Of a stretch of 64,000 nucleotides of DNA, positions 11,451 through 25,500 are shown one piece after another (position 1 is the first letter of the stretch; each line of letters starts with the position of its first letter). Position numbers and translations under genes: made by a program. The DNA comes from Paraspadella gotoi (Eukaryota > Animalia > Chaetognatha): NCBI GenBank assembly GCA_051294375.1, contig CM119264.1:3408917-3472916 (forward strand), in the 5' to 3' direction. The notes beneath the pieces are model-generated. The model searched no databases, was not told the DNA's origin, and saw only the letters and a list, made by a program, of their open reading frames with translations.

Positions 11451-14367
11451 GATCGTCAAATCGTTCGCATTCCGTCGGTCCGGGTCCGTCGTCGATGTCG
11501 GCGGAACGGCGGTGCTGAGGCGTGGTGTATAACGAAAGTTTTTTTTTTTTTTTTGGAAGTATCTGCCACAGTTCATATTAACAAAGACCCGATAGTGAAC
11601 GGACTGATTAATTGATAGATAACACAAGACTCCGGGGAGCGCAGCGCTACACACCCGCTTTTCCTTCCAATGCATACGTATGGGCCCCGAAAAAAAAAAG
11701 TGGGGGGTTTGTATAGCAGGGAACTGGGGTTAGAGGGGAATCTTCGAGCGAAAGACGGAGAATGAGAGATCGAGAGAAAAGAATCGAGACGAAGAACCCC
11801 ACCCACGTATTAGGCCCGAGCACTGCATACCTCCCAAGGCGGCGGGGTGGACCCAAATAGGAGACAGGGAAAACGGGCGGGCGTTAGTCGCCAGTTCCTA
11901 TTCACTGCATGGACCGTAGCCGCCCGGCCCGCATCAGACGACAATAAAGAACTACTTACCGAATACAAACAATCAAAAATTGTAACGAGAGTCGTGCGAT
12001 TTCCATGGCCGTCGGACGAGGGTGGGGTTTGGGGGGCGGGTAGATGGCGGTGGTCGGTCTTGTTTTCTTTGTAAAACTAACGGGTGGCGAAGGGGTGCTA
12101 AGGAATAGTCGCGATGTTCGGCGGTGGGGTGGGAAGTCTTTGGGATTGGTGCGGTGGGGGCACCGCGCTCGGTTCCGGCGGGGCCTGCCGGTCGAGGCCA
12201 AGGAAACGGCGGGCCTCTAGAAAGAGGCCTCGTAATTTGTCTGGGCGGAAATTGTAAGCATTCATGTCTTTTGTTATAGAACGGGAGGAGAGGAAGGAAA
12301 GAAAGGGAAGAAAGGACGAGAAACGGGAGGGAGAATGAAGAGGAGGGAGGAGGAAGGTAGACAGGAGAGGCTAGAAAGGATGGGAGAAGAGGGAGGGCTA
12401 AATGAGGAGGATAGGGAGGTGAGAATGAGGAGAGAGGAGAGACGGGAGTAAGGGAGGGGGAAAGACGGAGGAAGAGGGATGGGCAGAGATGGGAGCGGAG
12501 AATGGCGTAGTGAAAGGCAGAAGGAGGAGAGAGCAGATGAGAGATATGAATGGAAGAAGAAAGAGGGAGAGAAGGGATATATAATAATAAGTATATAATT
12601 AGCTAAAATTTCAAAAATGCAAATTTTTAAATTTTAAAGATTTATATTTTCTTTTATCAACTTTTTATGAAGAATCTGAATCTGTTCTCAGAATTAAAAA
12701 AAACGATTTTAAAATTTTGACATTATATAAGGGTAGTACTATATACAAAATAAGCTGACTGGGCTACTATATTTGTAAAAAAAAAACTACAGATTAATAT
12801 TTACTAATATAATAATTTTCAACTGCTAAATTTTTTTTTTAAAAACAAATAAATACTAAATTTTGATTTCAAACTTTCACTTCACCCTACTCTACAGTGT
12901 AGAGTCTACACTCTACACACTGCGCTGAAATAGTTTCTTCTGTGAAGCGACCGATAAACTACGTCATGGGTTTTGTTGTAAAATGTCAAAGAAACTACAG
13001 GTATAAAATTCCCCCTCCCGATGTTTCGTTTATCAATCAATAATTATTGAATGACGCATTGATTTAAATGCCTATTACGAGATTTAAAATTGGAAAATGT
13101 CCGTCTATCTTTCGAATGTTAATTAATACAGTGAGTCAATTTATCTTACGTCATGAACATCGCATAATTTTTTTTTTGATAAACTTGATTTTAACGATTT
13201 TAAATGTGCGAACACCGATGTTACTTATCTGCCTCTAGATTAAAAACTTTTAACTCTTTAGTTTTAAATTGTAAAAATCTTAAAAGCATAAAGATCGAGC
13301 CGCTTTCGATTACAGACTTTAATGTTATTAATTGCGTATGCTCGTCTAAGACTCTTTAAACATCGTTAAAAATCCAAAAAAAATAATAAATTAAGGCCGA
13401 TGTTCTAGACGTAGATTAAGTGACAGACTGATTTAAGATTAACATTCGAAGGATACGACGGACATTTTCCAATTTTAAAATCCCGTGAATAGGCATATTA
13501 AAATCAGTGCGTCAGTTCAATAATTATGATTGATAAACGAAACATCGGAGGGGGAATTACTTATACCTGTAGTTTCTTGACTTGAGTTTTTACAAACCAA
13601 AACCCATGACGGTAGTTTATTCGGTCGCTTCACAAAGAAACTATTACGGGCGTGTGTATGAGTGTAGACTCTACAGCTGTAGAGTAGGGTGAAGTGAAAG
13701 TTTGAAATCAAAATTTTAGTATTATTTTGTTTTAAAAAAAAAAATTTAGCAGTTGAATATTATTATTTAGTAATATTAATCTGGAGTTTTTTATACAAGA
13801 TAAGTAGCCAGTAGTTATTTTGTATATAGTACTGGACCTTTATAATGATCAAAATGTATAAAATCGTCTTTTTTTTAATGCTAGAACAGTTCCAGATTCT
13901 TCATAAAAAAGTTGATAGATAGAAAATATAAATCTTTAAAATTTAAACAATTTGCATTTTGTGAAATTTGGAAGCTAATATATATTATTTATATTAGATA
14001 TAGCTCCACTGGTGCCCCTTACTAAATATAATTAATAAAAATAAAACACCAAAGTATTCTTTATTAGTTTTTTTTATATTTTAATAGTACTACTAAATTT
14101 TAATTTTCTAAAATTTTTATCATTTTCTAAACACTCTAAACTCGTAGAGAGTAAGTTTGGATAACAGTTTGGATTCCGCTCGACGATCGTTGCTATTTAA
14201 TCTAATTGACGCAAGTTTTTTTTTTTTTTTTTTGCTTTTTCCACTCTTCCCTTTCCTCGCTCAGAAAGTACTCGGGTCTTAACTCGAACGGAATCTTTCG
14301 AACGCTGGCCGTGCTAAAATCGAGGAACGCCGAAACGGCAGGTCCGGCACATACCCCAATCTTTAAA

Positions 14368-14402
<35 letters not shown>

Positions 14403-15528
14403 GATCGTCAAATCGTTCGCATTCCGTCGGTCCGGGTCCGTCGTCGATGTCGGCGGAACGGCGGTGCTGAGGCGTGGTGTATAACGAAAGTTTTTTTTTT
14501 TTTTTTGGAAGTATCTGCCACAGTTCATATTAACAAAGACCCGATAGTGAACGGACTGATTAATTGATAGATAACACAAGACTCCGGGGAGCGCAGCGCT
14601 ACACACCCGCTTTTCCTTCCAATGCATACGTATGGGCCCCGAAAAAAAAAAGTGGGGGGTTTGTATAGCAGGGAACTGGGGTTAGAGGGGAATCTTCGAG
14701 CGAAAGACGGAGAATGAGAGATCGAGAGAAAAGAATCGAGACGAAGAACCCCACCCACGTATTAGGCCCGAGCACTGCATACCTCCCAAGGCGGCGGGGT
14801 GGACCCAAATAGGAGACAGGGAAAACGGGCGGGCGTTAGTCGCCAGTTCCTATTCACTGCATGGACCGTAGCCGCCCGGCCCGCATCAGACGACAATAAA
14901 GAACTACTTACCGAATACAAACAATCAAAAATTGTAACGAGAGTCGTGCGATTTCCATGGCCGTCGGACGAGGGTGGGGTTTGGGGGGCGGGTAGATGGC
15001 GGTGGTCGGTCTTGTTTTCTTTGTAAAACTAACGGGTGGCGAAGGGGTGCTAAGGAATAGTCGCGATGTTCGGCGGTGGGGTGGGAAGTCTTTGGGATTG
15101 GTGCGGTGGGGGCACCGCGCTCGGTTCCGGCGGGGCCTGCCGGTCGAGGCCAAGGAAACGGCGGGCCTCTAGAAAGAGGCCTCGTAATTTGTCTGGGCGG
15201 AAATTGTAAGCATTCATGTCTTTTGTTATAGAACGGGAGGAGAGGAAGGAAAGAAAGGGAAGAAAGGACGAGAAACGGGAGGGAGAATGAAGAGGAGGGA
15301 GGAGGAAGGTAGACAGGAGAGGCTAGAAAGGATGGGAGAAGAGGGAGGGCTAAATGAGGAGGATAGGGAGGTGAGAATGAGGAGAGAGGAGAGACGGGAG
15401 TAAGGGAGGGGGAAAGACGGAGGAAGAGGGATGGGCAGAGATGGGAGCGGAGAATGGCGTAGTGAAAGGCAGAAGGAGGAGAGAGCAGATGAGAGATATG
15501 AATGGAAGAAGAAAGAGGGAGAGAAGGG
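11036..15528. other. Duplicated and folded-back long-read insert between two 25-N gaps (assembly artefact)
   Basis: About 11110-12575 recurs essentially letter for letter at offset +2952, including junk sequence. 12580-13205 is inverted at 13355-13990. 11140-11600 is the reverse complement of 10680-11010. Confidence 0.85.
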
Positions 15529-15670
15529 NNNNNNNNNNNNNNNNNNNNNNNNNTTATTTTTCCTTCTAAACTTTTATTATCGCCATTTATTCCGCGCTTT
15601 TTTTTTCAATACAAAATCCCAAATTTATATCTGAATATAATTTGTAAAGAAATTCGGTTTTTCTTTTCTT

Positions 15671-15701
<31 letters not shown>

Positions 15702-15702
15702 A

Positions 15703-15740
<38 letters not shown>

Positions 15741-16997
15741 ATTATTTTTTTAAAAAATGAAGAATAACTTATAATGACATGCATTAGTCACACATATAAA
15801 TCAGCTAATTGTGAGCGTCTCTATTATGTCACTCTCGCGCGGCTCTGTCACGCCATTCATCCCTTCATGCCTACTATCCTCACTCCGTAAATAATAATAA
15901 TTGCATGCATTCACATTATACAGAAAAAAAAATAATATTGTTTTATTTCATGCATACATTGCAACTTTGACAGTTCTCCGAGATTGCCCACTCATGGGCA
16001 CCATTCAGCTACTCGCCGATGAATGGAGTTGATAGGGAGATATATCAAATTAAAACATTACTTTTTTTCGCTTATTCTGATATTTTGTACTATTATTAAA
16101 TTTATAAATATTTTTAGTGTATATATTTAATCATTTTTAACTTTTTTTTTAAAAATTATATTTGAGTGTGAAACTATTTATAAATTTAATTAAATATGCA
16201 AATATTAAATTTGACACTCGGTCTGGTTTCTTCCTAAAAAAAGAACAATCTTTTTCTCTCTATCTTCTTTCTCTCTCTCTCTCCTCTCCTCTCTCTCTTC
16301 TCTCTCTCTCTTCTCTCTCTTTTTTTTGTCTTCTAAAAAATTTTATTATCGCCATTTATTCCGAGATTTTCGGTGGATTTTCCTTCTAAAAACTTTTATT
16401 ATCGCCATTTATTATTTTTATCTCAATTACCAAAAATCCCAAAATACATAAATCTTACTTAACCTTTTCTTTCGGTGGCTCGGTCGCGTGAGCAACAAGT
16501 AAAACAATGTCGAAGGAACATGACTCCCTATAACGCGTACGTGTATAAAAAAAAAAATCAACATAGACCCAATTTCACGACGCCGTTGCGAGCGCAACGG
16601 ATAACCGATATAACGAGAGTGGACCTAATAATGCGTCTCGTTGGTGGGAAAATCTCTCTCTCTCTCTCTTTCTCACTCCCTCCCTCTTTCTCTCTCTCTC
16701 TCTCTCTCCCGCTCTCTTCTTCTCTCCTCTCTCTCTTTTTTTTTTCCTTCTAAAAACTTTTATTGATCGCTCATTTTATTTCCGCGCTTTTGTCTCAATA
16801 TACAAAATCACAAATTTACATCCGACGATTTTCCGTGGGATTTTTTTTTCTAAAAATTGCTGATTATTTTTTATATAATACTGAGAGAGACCTTAATAAT
16901 GCGTTTCTGTCTGGCGTGCAGGAACTACAGCCTGATCCAGCCTCCCATCTTCCTCTACCTTCTCTGCCTCTCTCTCTCTCTCTCTCTCTCTCCTCAA

Positions 16998-17028
<31 letters not shown>

Positions 17029-17086
17029 TTCATCATTAACGCATTTGTCTGTTTATTTACATGAATGATCAGCGCGTCAATGAATC

Positions 17087-17297
17087 ACTATCATCGCATC
17101 AATAGATGACTATCATCGTATCAATGATGATTATCATTCATATCAATGAGATGACTATCATCGCTATCAATCATTTGATCTATCATCACATCAGTTCATA
17201 TGTTATCATTCGCCATCAATTATTCGGTTATCATCGCGTCAATATTGGTTATCATCGCATCAATATTTGGTTATCATCGCCATCAATATTGTGGTTA
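17087..17297. repeat. Degenerate ~21-22 bp minisatellite (tatcatcgcatcaatattggt)
   Basis: About 9 imperfect units. Confidence 0.8.
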
Positions 17298-18257
17298 CTG
17301 CCTGACCCGGCTTCGCCGGTCAAGGCTCGATAACAAATTCTCACTTTGGGAAAAATCTACGTATCGCCTGACCTGTTTTGATACAAATTGCTGCATTCGT
17401 ACGATTTGATTCAAAAAGGATTTTTTGAAGGCATTGCTAGGGGAAAAAAAAGATTTTCTGTCATATATTTCGACTTACTTTTTAAAGTCATCATCAATGT
17501 TATCAAGTAACAAGATTAATTCTCTGGTTGCACACGATGACGTTTCCAAAATTGATCTATATTTTTCCAGTCCCTCAAGTATAATCTCTCATTAGGTAAG
17601 TCTCTCACTCATATTTTCCTCTCCCACATTGAATCGGATGGGCATAACCCTTTCCCGACGCCGCGTATAAAGACGGCACAATATATAAAGAGCAAGGAAC
17701 CCAGAAATTCGAGCTCAGAATCGATGACCCGCGAACGAAGAGCGATTGACCCTCCGCCCCCCCCCGCCCCCCCGACGAAGAACTTACTTCCGGACCCCAC
17801 CACGTGGGCGACGGGTAAGTAAAGGGCGATCGAATCGATGAGCGAATGGCGGAACAAAAGGTGAGGACCTCATAAATACTGAGAGACGAGGAAGGAGGTA
17901 AGGAGAGAGGTGGGGAGGTGTGGAGGAGGTTGGGTAAGGCACAGGAAAACGGGTAAGGATCAGATTTCTCATGAGTCGTAAATTTATGAGGGACAACAAC
18001 TTTTTGTTGAGGTTTTTAATTTAAAAAAAAAAATCTCCACGCGATCATTTTTTTTTTCTCTTTTATTTTATTTTATTTTTTTTTCTTTTCTTTATTTTTT
18101 CCCGGATTGTCTGGTTAATGAAAATCGAACTTGATCCATAGTCTTCGTCGTTGTTGTTGTCGTTGTTATTGTTGTTGTTTCTGTCGCGATTTTTAGATTC
18201 GATTTCTCTTCGGGTTCATCGCTTTATACGACGTCGCCCGCCAGACAAGTTTTTTGA

Positions 18258-18325
<68 letters not shown>

Positions 18326-19199
18326 TCATCATCATCATCATCATCATCGCCCCTCGTTCAATCGACGTTCGACAGCCTGCCCTCTACGATCGTCTTCGTT
18401 CGCGTGGCGTCCGGTGTTGACGCTCAATTCTGCCGCCAGAGGTCGCGAAGCCAAATCATATAGAATATTTTATGATGGCGATGAAATTGATCTTACTGAC
18501 CTGTGAGACAGATGGGTGGGCAACTTGGCTACAGGTGGCAAATAAAAGGCAGATTACTGGCAAACAAGTGGGAAATAAAGGGACATTGGCCTCTTGTTAT
18601 TGGGTGACGAATTGGTGGCACATTTAGCAAAAAAAAATTACTGTTGGCCAATTAGAGTCAGAATTAAGAATTAAGAATCAAAAAGTACCGAGATAAAATG
18701 GAAACAAAGAAAATTGACTGAATTAGAGGGGAAGACGACAGAAGCCGACAAAAAACGACAAAAATAGGAAAGAAGCTAATAAAAGCCACAATAGGAGACG
18801 AAGGAAGCAAAGAATTGACCCCCAAAAAATACCGACAAAATCTCGACGGTAGCCGACGTTGGCCGACAAGACCGGATCGAAAAAAAAACCGGTTAGAGCG
18901 AGATCGAGCGAGGGAAAAGAGCGGGATGACCCCGAGCGAGAGCGAGAGCGAGAGAGAGAGAGAGNNNNNNNNNNNNNNNNNNNNNNNNNCTCCCGCGCCG
19001 CCGACTGTGCGGGCCGGTGTGGGGTGAGGCTCGTGTTATACCAGTTGTGCAAAGGAGGTGAGACACCCTGGAGACGGGAACAGAAAGAGAAAAGACGAGA
19101 GAGTGAATGAGTAGTAGAGAGGAGAGAGACAGAGAGAGAGAGAAGAGAGAGAGGAAACGAACCGGAACCGTAAATAAGTACATAAAAAGTGCCAAAAAA

Positions 19200-19627
19200 T
19201 ATAAACATTAAGTGGAGATCGGTATTTAAAATAATCTTTTTTATTGTCTGTCGATATTTTCCCATCATTCGTTCAGCCTAGAACGAAAAAAATTTATAAA
19301 ATTGGACTGCACTTTTTTTGTTGTCTTTCTGTCTTCGAATCTCTGTATTAACTTTTTTAAACTTTTTTTTAAAAAATTCGAAATAATGATATTGTAAAAT
19401 TAAATATAATCAGTGTTAATTTCGACGGCCAGATAGCATGAAGCAATCGCAAATTTACCGCACATTTTTTAAAAATAAATTGATAACAAATATAAAAAGC
19501 TTCAACGAGATACATTCGCACCAAAATAAACATTTCTCTAATGACTTAACTTTTTCGTAATTTCATTATTCATTTGTCTTAATACAGCATTCGGTTTACC
19601 GTACGAGATAGAGACGAGAGACGAGAT

Positions 19628-19660
<33 letters not shown>

Positions 19661-22560
19661 ATAGGACGAGAGAACCGAAAGAAGAGAGTCCAATATAAAC
19701 CCAAAGATTCGATCCATAAAACTTCACAAATGAGGAATCACCAAAAAACAAAGTCACTCCGATGTTTGCGACAACGAACTTCCACGCTGCCATAATTCCA
19801 CCCCTCCAATAGCTACCTCTCTCTCCCCACGCCCCGCCACCCGGAAGAATTCTTTAAAACAGACATCAAACTTAAAACTTATAATATGCGCGGCCTTTCG
19901 CTGCGCGAATTGGTTCTTCTCCGAAAAAGAGCCCCGACATGATGAAATGTATCATATCGACATTAAAAAAAAAACGAGATTAGAATAACCACGCCCGCTA
20001 AACATGTTAAATATAAGCGATCGATGGATAATATTTAAGACTGAAACTGATCAATATAACATGTCCTAGCAGAGTTATTCCTGATCAGGCGATCTTGAAC
20101 TAAAGGTCATATATATTCTATAGTGCATAAGAAAGTTAATATGAGCAGTTTTAATTAAAAGCAATTTACTCGTATTCTCTAGTAAACTCATATAATAATC
20201 ATAATCAATTATAACATCAGACGTATAATCCTGATCTATATTAATATTTCCTTTCAGTAGCTTCTTCTTCTTTGAGTTAGGTTCAAACTCTTTAGGAAGT
20301 AATTACATGTGCATAAAATAATCTTAGAAATGCTTTACTTATAGATCATAATATACATATATGGCAGATCAAAAAATGTTAATTTATCATCGCACTCCAT
20401 TTTTGGATATTATAGGTTATTGTACTTTTTATTTTAAATAGGAGTAGTTGAATGTCTGTGTTTTTATAATTATGGCAATTGCGTAATAGTCCTTTATGCT
20501 CTTTCTGTCTGTCAAGAAGCAAGTATTAATTATGATGCTGCATCAGAATAAAACGCAGCAAAAAATCCAACATAATATTGGGGGCTTCGCCAAATTGCGT
20601 TAAAAAGGAATGTCCAAAAAATATATTATTACTGTCATCTACCTCAAGAGGCAGGCATAGATTGATCCCACGGAAGGGTAATACCAAATATTGAAAGAAT
20701 GTTTATCACAATGATGTTTTTACCCATGTTTTAGTCAACTTTTTATTGAATAAATTAATTAATGTCATATACCTTTTTTTTCCTAGATAGTAAATTTATG
20801 CGAAGATGCGAACTTCGTTTCTTAAATTTCTTATTTTCTCTCACTCAAAAAAAAAAAGACTTCGAAATAAAATTTATTTTCAAAAAAAACTACTCTTGTA
20901 GTTGATTTTTTACGATTGAAGATTCAGAAATAAATAAATAAAGACTGCGAAGATTAAGAAGCGACTCTGTTGGTGCAACCCGCACCCGAGAAGCCACAGC
21001 AGAAGCGAGCAATCGAGGCAAGCAGCCTCCACCGGGCCACCACTGGAAAATAATAGGTAAATATATATCATTTGATTAAATATGCTCTATTAAAAGAAAA
21101 TAAATTTTTCTTAAACGAAATGAAATAAATAATGGACCGAATATAGATATATTTAATAATTAATACATACTACATAATAATAATACAGTCTGTGGCAAAA
21201 AAAAAAGAGGACACACTTATAAACTTTAATTACAGGAAACATGTTTTACCCCATAATCATATATATTTATACTGATAAATGTTAAAATGTTAAAATATAA
21301 AAAATGGTCACACAAACTTCCCCAAGAAAAGACAAAGTGATAAAAAAAAATTTATGGGGAAATAACTTATTTTTAAAGATCTAACTCCAAATAATCCTGA
21401 AAGTTTTTAGCGCTTAATGTTATTATAATATTAAATAGTTCTTCTAGAAAAAAGAAATTTTAAATGGGGAGGAAGAAGACTTTAGAAAAGAGGAATCTCA
21501 TATGTGTAACTTAGGTCGACAGGCATCTTAACACATTTTTCAGATTTAGAGGTTTAACAATTTTCTCTCTCTCTGCTATGACATTTTGTTTTCAAGTATA
21601 TTTTAAAAAAAATTACTGCTCAGAAACGGATAAGCTACTATTTAACCCATTTTTCACCAAATACTGTTGGCATAAGTTTTCCTTTTTTCAATGATTATAT
21701 TCATTCTCTATGATTATCCTTGCATTTTAAACAAATCTAATACTTGATTTAATTTTCATAATTTTTTTTTGTATGGTGTCCTCTCTTTTTTGCAGATGGT
21801 ACATAAAATTTTAAAGTATGCGGAGAGTATAATTATATACCATTTTATATAACATTCAGTTTTTAGCCAATTTGAGTTTTTCATTGATCGTTCAAATATC
21901 AGAGGTAAATTTTAAAATCTTCGTCTAGATTCTTATCTTCGGCAGCGGCGCGGCGTTATGCGCAGTCAGCGAACGTCGTATCTGCGCAGCTGGCGACAGC
22001 GTAACTTGCCGCATGTGGGGGAGGTAAGTTCAAGCAGTTTGCCTGACGTCCCGGATGTCGGGTAAAGAAATGTAAGGCAGAGGAGGTGAGACGACACAAG
22101 TGGAAACCTGATGGTTTCAACAACCCTCAACTTTGACCCCAAATAATATCCTTTTTTTAATGACCCTGATTATCGAAATTATATATCGAAAATACCGGTT
22201 AATAATTTCTATCCTCCAGACAACGTGTTAACTTTTCCTTTACCAGCCATGATGCCTTTTCGTTATAAAGTGTTTTAAAAATGAATCAACTATCACATTA
22301 AACCGCAAAAAGTGAATCTTTAATTGCTGATTTCCTCGTCTATCTATACTTTCAGTTGAATCAAGTTAAGGTTCAAAGGAAGAACATGCTTTTACTTTTT
22401 AAGTCGGAAAGTCGGGGTCTAGTGCCAAGAGGACGAGCATTAGCGAACAGAGTCCAGCCTATAACATATTATTATGTGAATTGGTACAATACCCCATAGT
22501 TATTAATTCTGTTATATGTTTGAAAATAGCTGCCCGTCATTGACAGTAGAATCGAGGTGT
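19200..22560. other. Error-rich duplicate of 30600-30968 and 31850-33700
   Basis: Shared anchors such as cgttcagcc.aga.cgaaaaaaa, atattgggg(g)cttcgc and tctagattcttatcttcg, with heavy indel noise. Confidence 0.85.
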
Positions 22561-22599
22561 GCTCTCACTTTATTGTATTAACTATTACTTTCTCCTTTT

Positions 22600-25500
22600 C
22601 TCCTGAGTATTGGTGGCTTTTTGTTACTTTAGAATTAAAAATTAGTATCTCGTTGGGTTTGAGTAAGTGATGAGAGTTAATTTTTGGTTGTTGTTATTCT
22701 CGTTTTGAGAATATATATCTTGAGCAATGTATATGGAGAAGAAGAAAACAGATATTAAAGGCAGATAAAATAATGCTGTTTTTATTCTTTTTTTCATCAA
22801 CCTAAAGCCGCCCCCCTGTATCTGCGCGCGCCCGCGCCCTCCTTTCTCTCATTTGCACCGCCCACGCCTTTTTTTGGGTTCCTCAATGTTCTGCTTTTTT
22901 TAACAATGGGGTTTTTCGTTTTTGGGTTCGTTTCTCTGTTTTTTCTATTTCTAGAGATAACATCTCCGCTTAGTGGTGTGCCTAGGTGAACGAATAAGCG
23001 CGTTGAGGCGAAACTGACATCGTTGATAGGTTGAACTCGACGCGATCATGACGCGGACACCCACTCCACGGCGTCCCGTCCACCCCTGTGAGCGCTGCAT
23101 TCAGATAGAGGAGAGCGATGACAGGCAGTCAGGGATGGCTATGCTCACCCCTTCAGGATCTATATTTCTAAGCTCGATACCTCGCCGATAAGTCCGTGGA
23201 CACGAGAGTATTGTGGAGAGGTGTCAGAGAAGCCCCACGCCACGCGCGGAGGCGAAGTAATCCAAAGAGAGAGAGAGAGTGTAAAAATTACTATATGTAT
23301 CTCTCTGTAATGATATATTGCCGCCCAGAAGAAGAGAGAGTTTTAACACCGCCGCCTCTCTCTAAGAACAAAGAAAACCCTTTTTTTTAGTCCAATGTAA
23401 AATAGAAAAGAAAAAATAAAAAATTTCTACCGCACCCGGAATACAACCCGATTAAAAATTTCCAGCCGCAAAGAAAGAAAAAAAGATTAAAACGTTAAAT
23501 TACTTTTTATTTTTTTGTAAAAAATGTGGAAAGGGTTTTGTTTTTAAAGAATTTGGGGGGGTTTTGGAGGGGACTGTTTTTGTAAAGTTAAATAAGTTCC
23601 TTTTTGTTTTTATCAAACAAAAACAAATTTTTTCCGCGCGCCCCTCCTTTTTTCCATTTTAATTTTTTTTTTTTTATGTTTCGCCATTTCCCCCTTCCCC
23701 TTCTCCGCTCCCCTTTTTTTCCTCCCCTTTTTTTATTTTTTTTTATTTTCCACTTCTCCAGCTCTCCAATAGAGAATTTTAAAACGTTTTTTTAAAAATA
23801 CACACCCGCCGCAGAAAAAACGCGTCCTTTTTTCTTTTTTTCCTCGCTTTAAAAGATAAATATTGTGAAAATAAAACTGGTTCCCAAAAAATAAACAGAA
23901 ACGGATTTTTTTGTTTTTTTTTTCGCAAATGTTTAAAAGAAGATAAAAAAAAAATACCCCCTTTTTTTAAAAAAACCGGGCCGCCCCAAACCGCTTTTAT
24001 AGCATTTTTTTTTTTTTTCCAATTGAGTAGAACCCGGAATATAAAAACAAGGTTTTGGGGGGAAGAATAAAAAAAGGGCGCAGATAACATTTGTTTCCCC
24101 CGGGATTTTGGCCGCCCTTACCGAATTATATATTATTCTCTCTCTCCACTTCTCACAAATTATTTAAAGTTCGGATTTTAAAATTTTTTAATTTAAATTT
24201 ATTAATTTAATTTTAATATATGTATAATTTTAATTTTTAAAATTTTTTATTTTATTCAACCTTGTTAAATGATCCCCAATCGGATGTTTTCCTATTAAAA
24301 AATTGGGGGTTTTAGGACCGGTTTTTTCGGTTACATTAGAATCGTAATTGTTTTTTTGTTGGGGGTTAAACGTTTCTCTACGAGAAGCATAATTTGGTAT
24401 AAAGGGTTTTTTTTTTTTTTTTTTATTTCAAAAACAAGCAAAAATATCCCTTAATTTTTTTTTTTTTTAATTTTTTTATATGTTCGACCCTTCCGTCCCC
24501 GCCACCCTGCTGCTGTCCCCTATTATCTTCGTATCCTCCCTCCCCTTTCTCCTCCTTTTTGCCCCCCTCCAACTATCCCCTCTTTCCTCCTCCCTCCTCC
24601 CTTCCTTCCCTCCTCCCGCCGCTCTTTTCTCCGCTTTTTTTGTTGTTTTTTTTTTCCTGCATGTGGGCCGAACCCGGAGCTAAGGTCCCCACGCCCCCCC
24701 TTTTTTGAGAGATGCGCTATTTTCAAAGAATTATTGTTTTTTTTAAGGTGGCCAAATCATTTTGTTTTTCGCCCACAATTTAATTCCATTAATAAAAATT
24801 TTTTTCCCATTTTAATTTAATTTAAAAGCATGTTTTTTTTATTAATGTTTAAAAATCGCATTAATAAATAAAAAAAAAGATTTCCCCCCAGTAATGGTTG
24901 GAAAAAACCTTTTAATGTTGTTTTTTTTGTTTTTTTTTTCGCGCCGCATTCCTTTAAAGCACCAAACTTCCCTTGGGCCAAATTTCCCGCGTCCCAATTA
25001 ACCTTTTTTTATAATTTTATTATTAAAAATAAATATAAATTAAATTTTAAATTTTAAAAAGCCTTCCAAAGTGGCAGACCCCATTGAAATAAACCCACTC
25101 TCTCCCAAAAAGGTTGTTTTTTTAAATATTGGAAAAATTCCGATTAGTTTTAAAAAAAAAAGTTAAAGAGGGGAAATTTTAAAGGGACTAGAAAAGTTTT
25201 TATTTTAAAAGTTGTTTGCCAATTTTGGGCCGCGCCCCTTTAACTTAGATAATTTAAGGCGCCCGCCGCCCTTACCGACCTACGATTTTATTGATTATGG
25301 GAGCCCGCCATTGGTGGAAAAAAAGAAGAATTTTAAACCAAGAGATCGTTATTTTTCGAAAATATTAAATTTAAAATCAGAATTTTCTTGTAAATTGTAG
25401 TATTTTGGGTTTTTTTTAAAAGTTATTTTTAATTATTTTGTTTTATTTCCAAAGTGGGAGGTAAAAATAAAAAAACAACTTTTTTATTTCGCTTAATTTT

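Noticed and set aside
11250-15153. Duplicated ORF cluster (identical ORFs at +2952)
   Set aside because: The same noisy read was inserted twice, and the peptides are low-complexity with no recognisable motif
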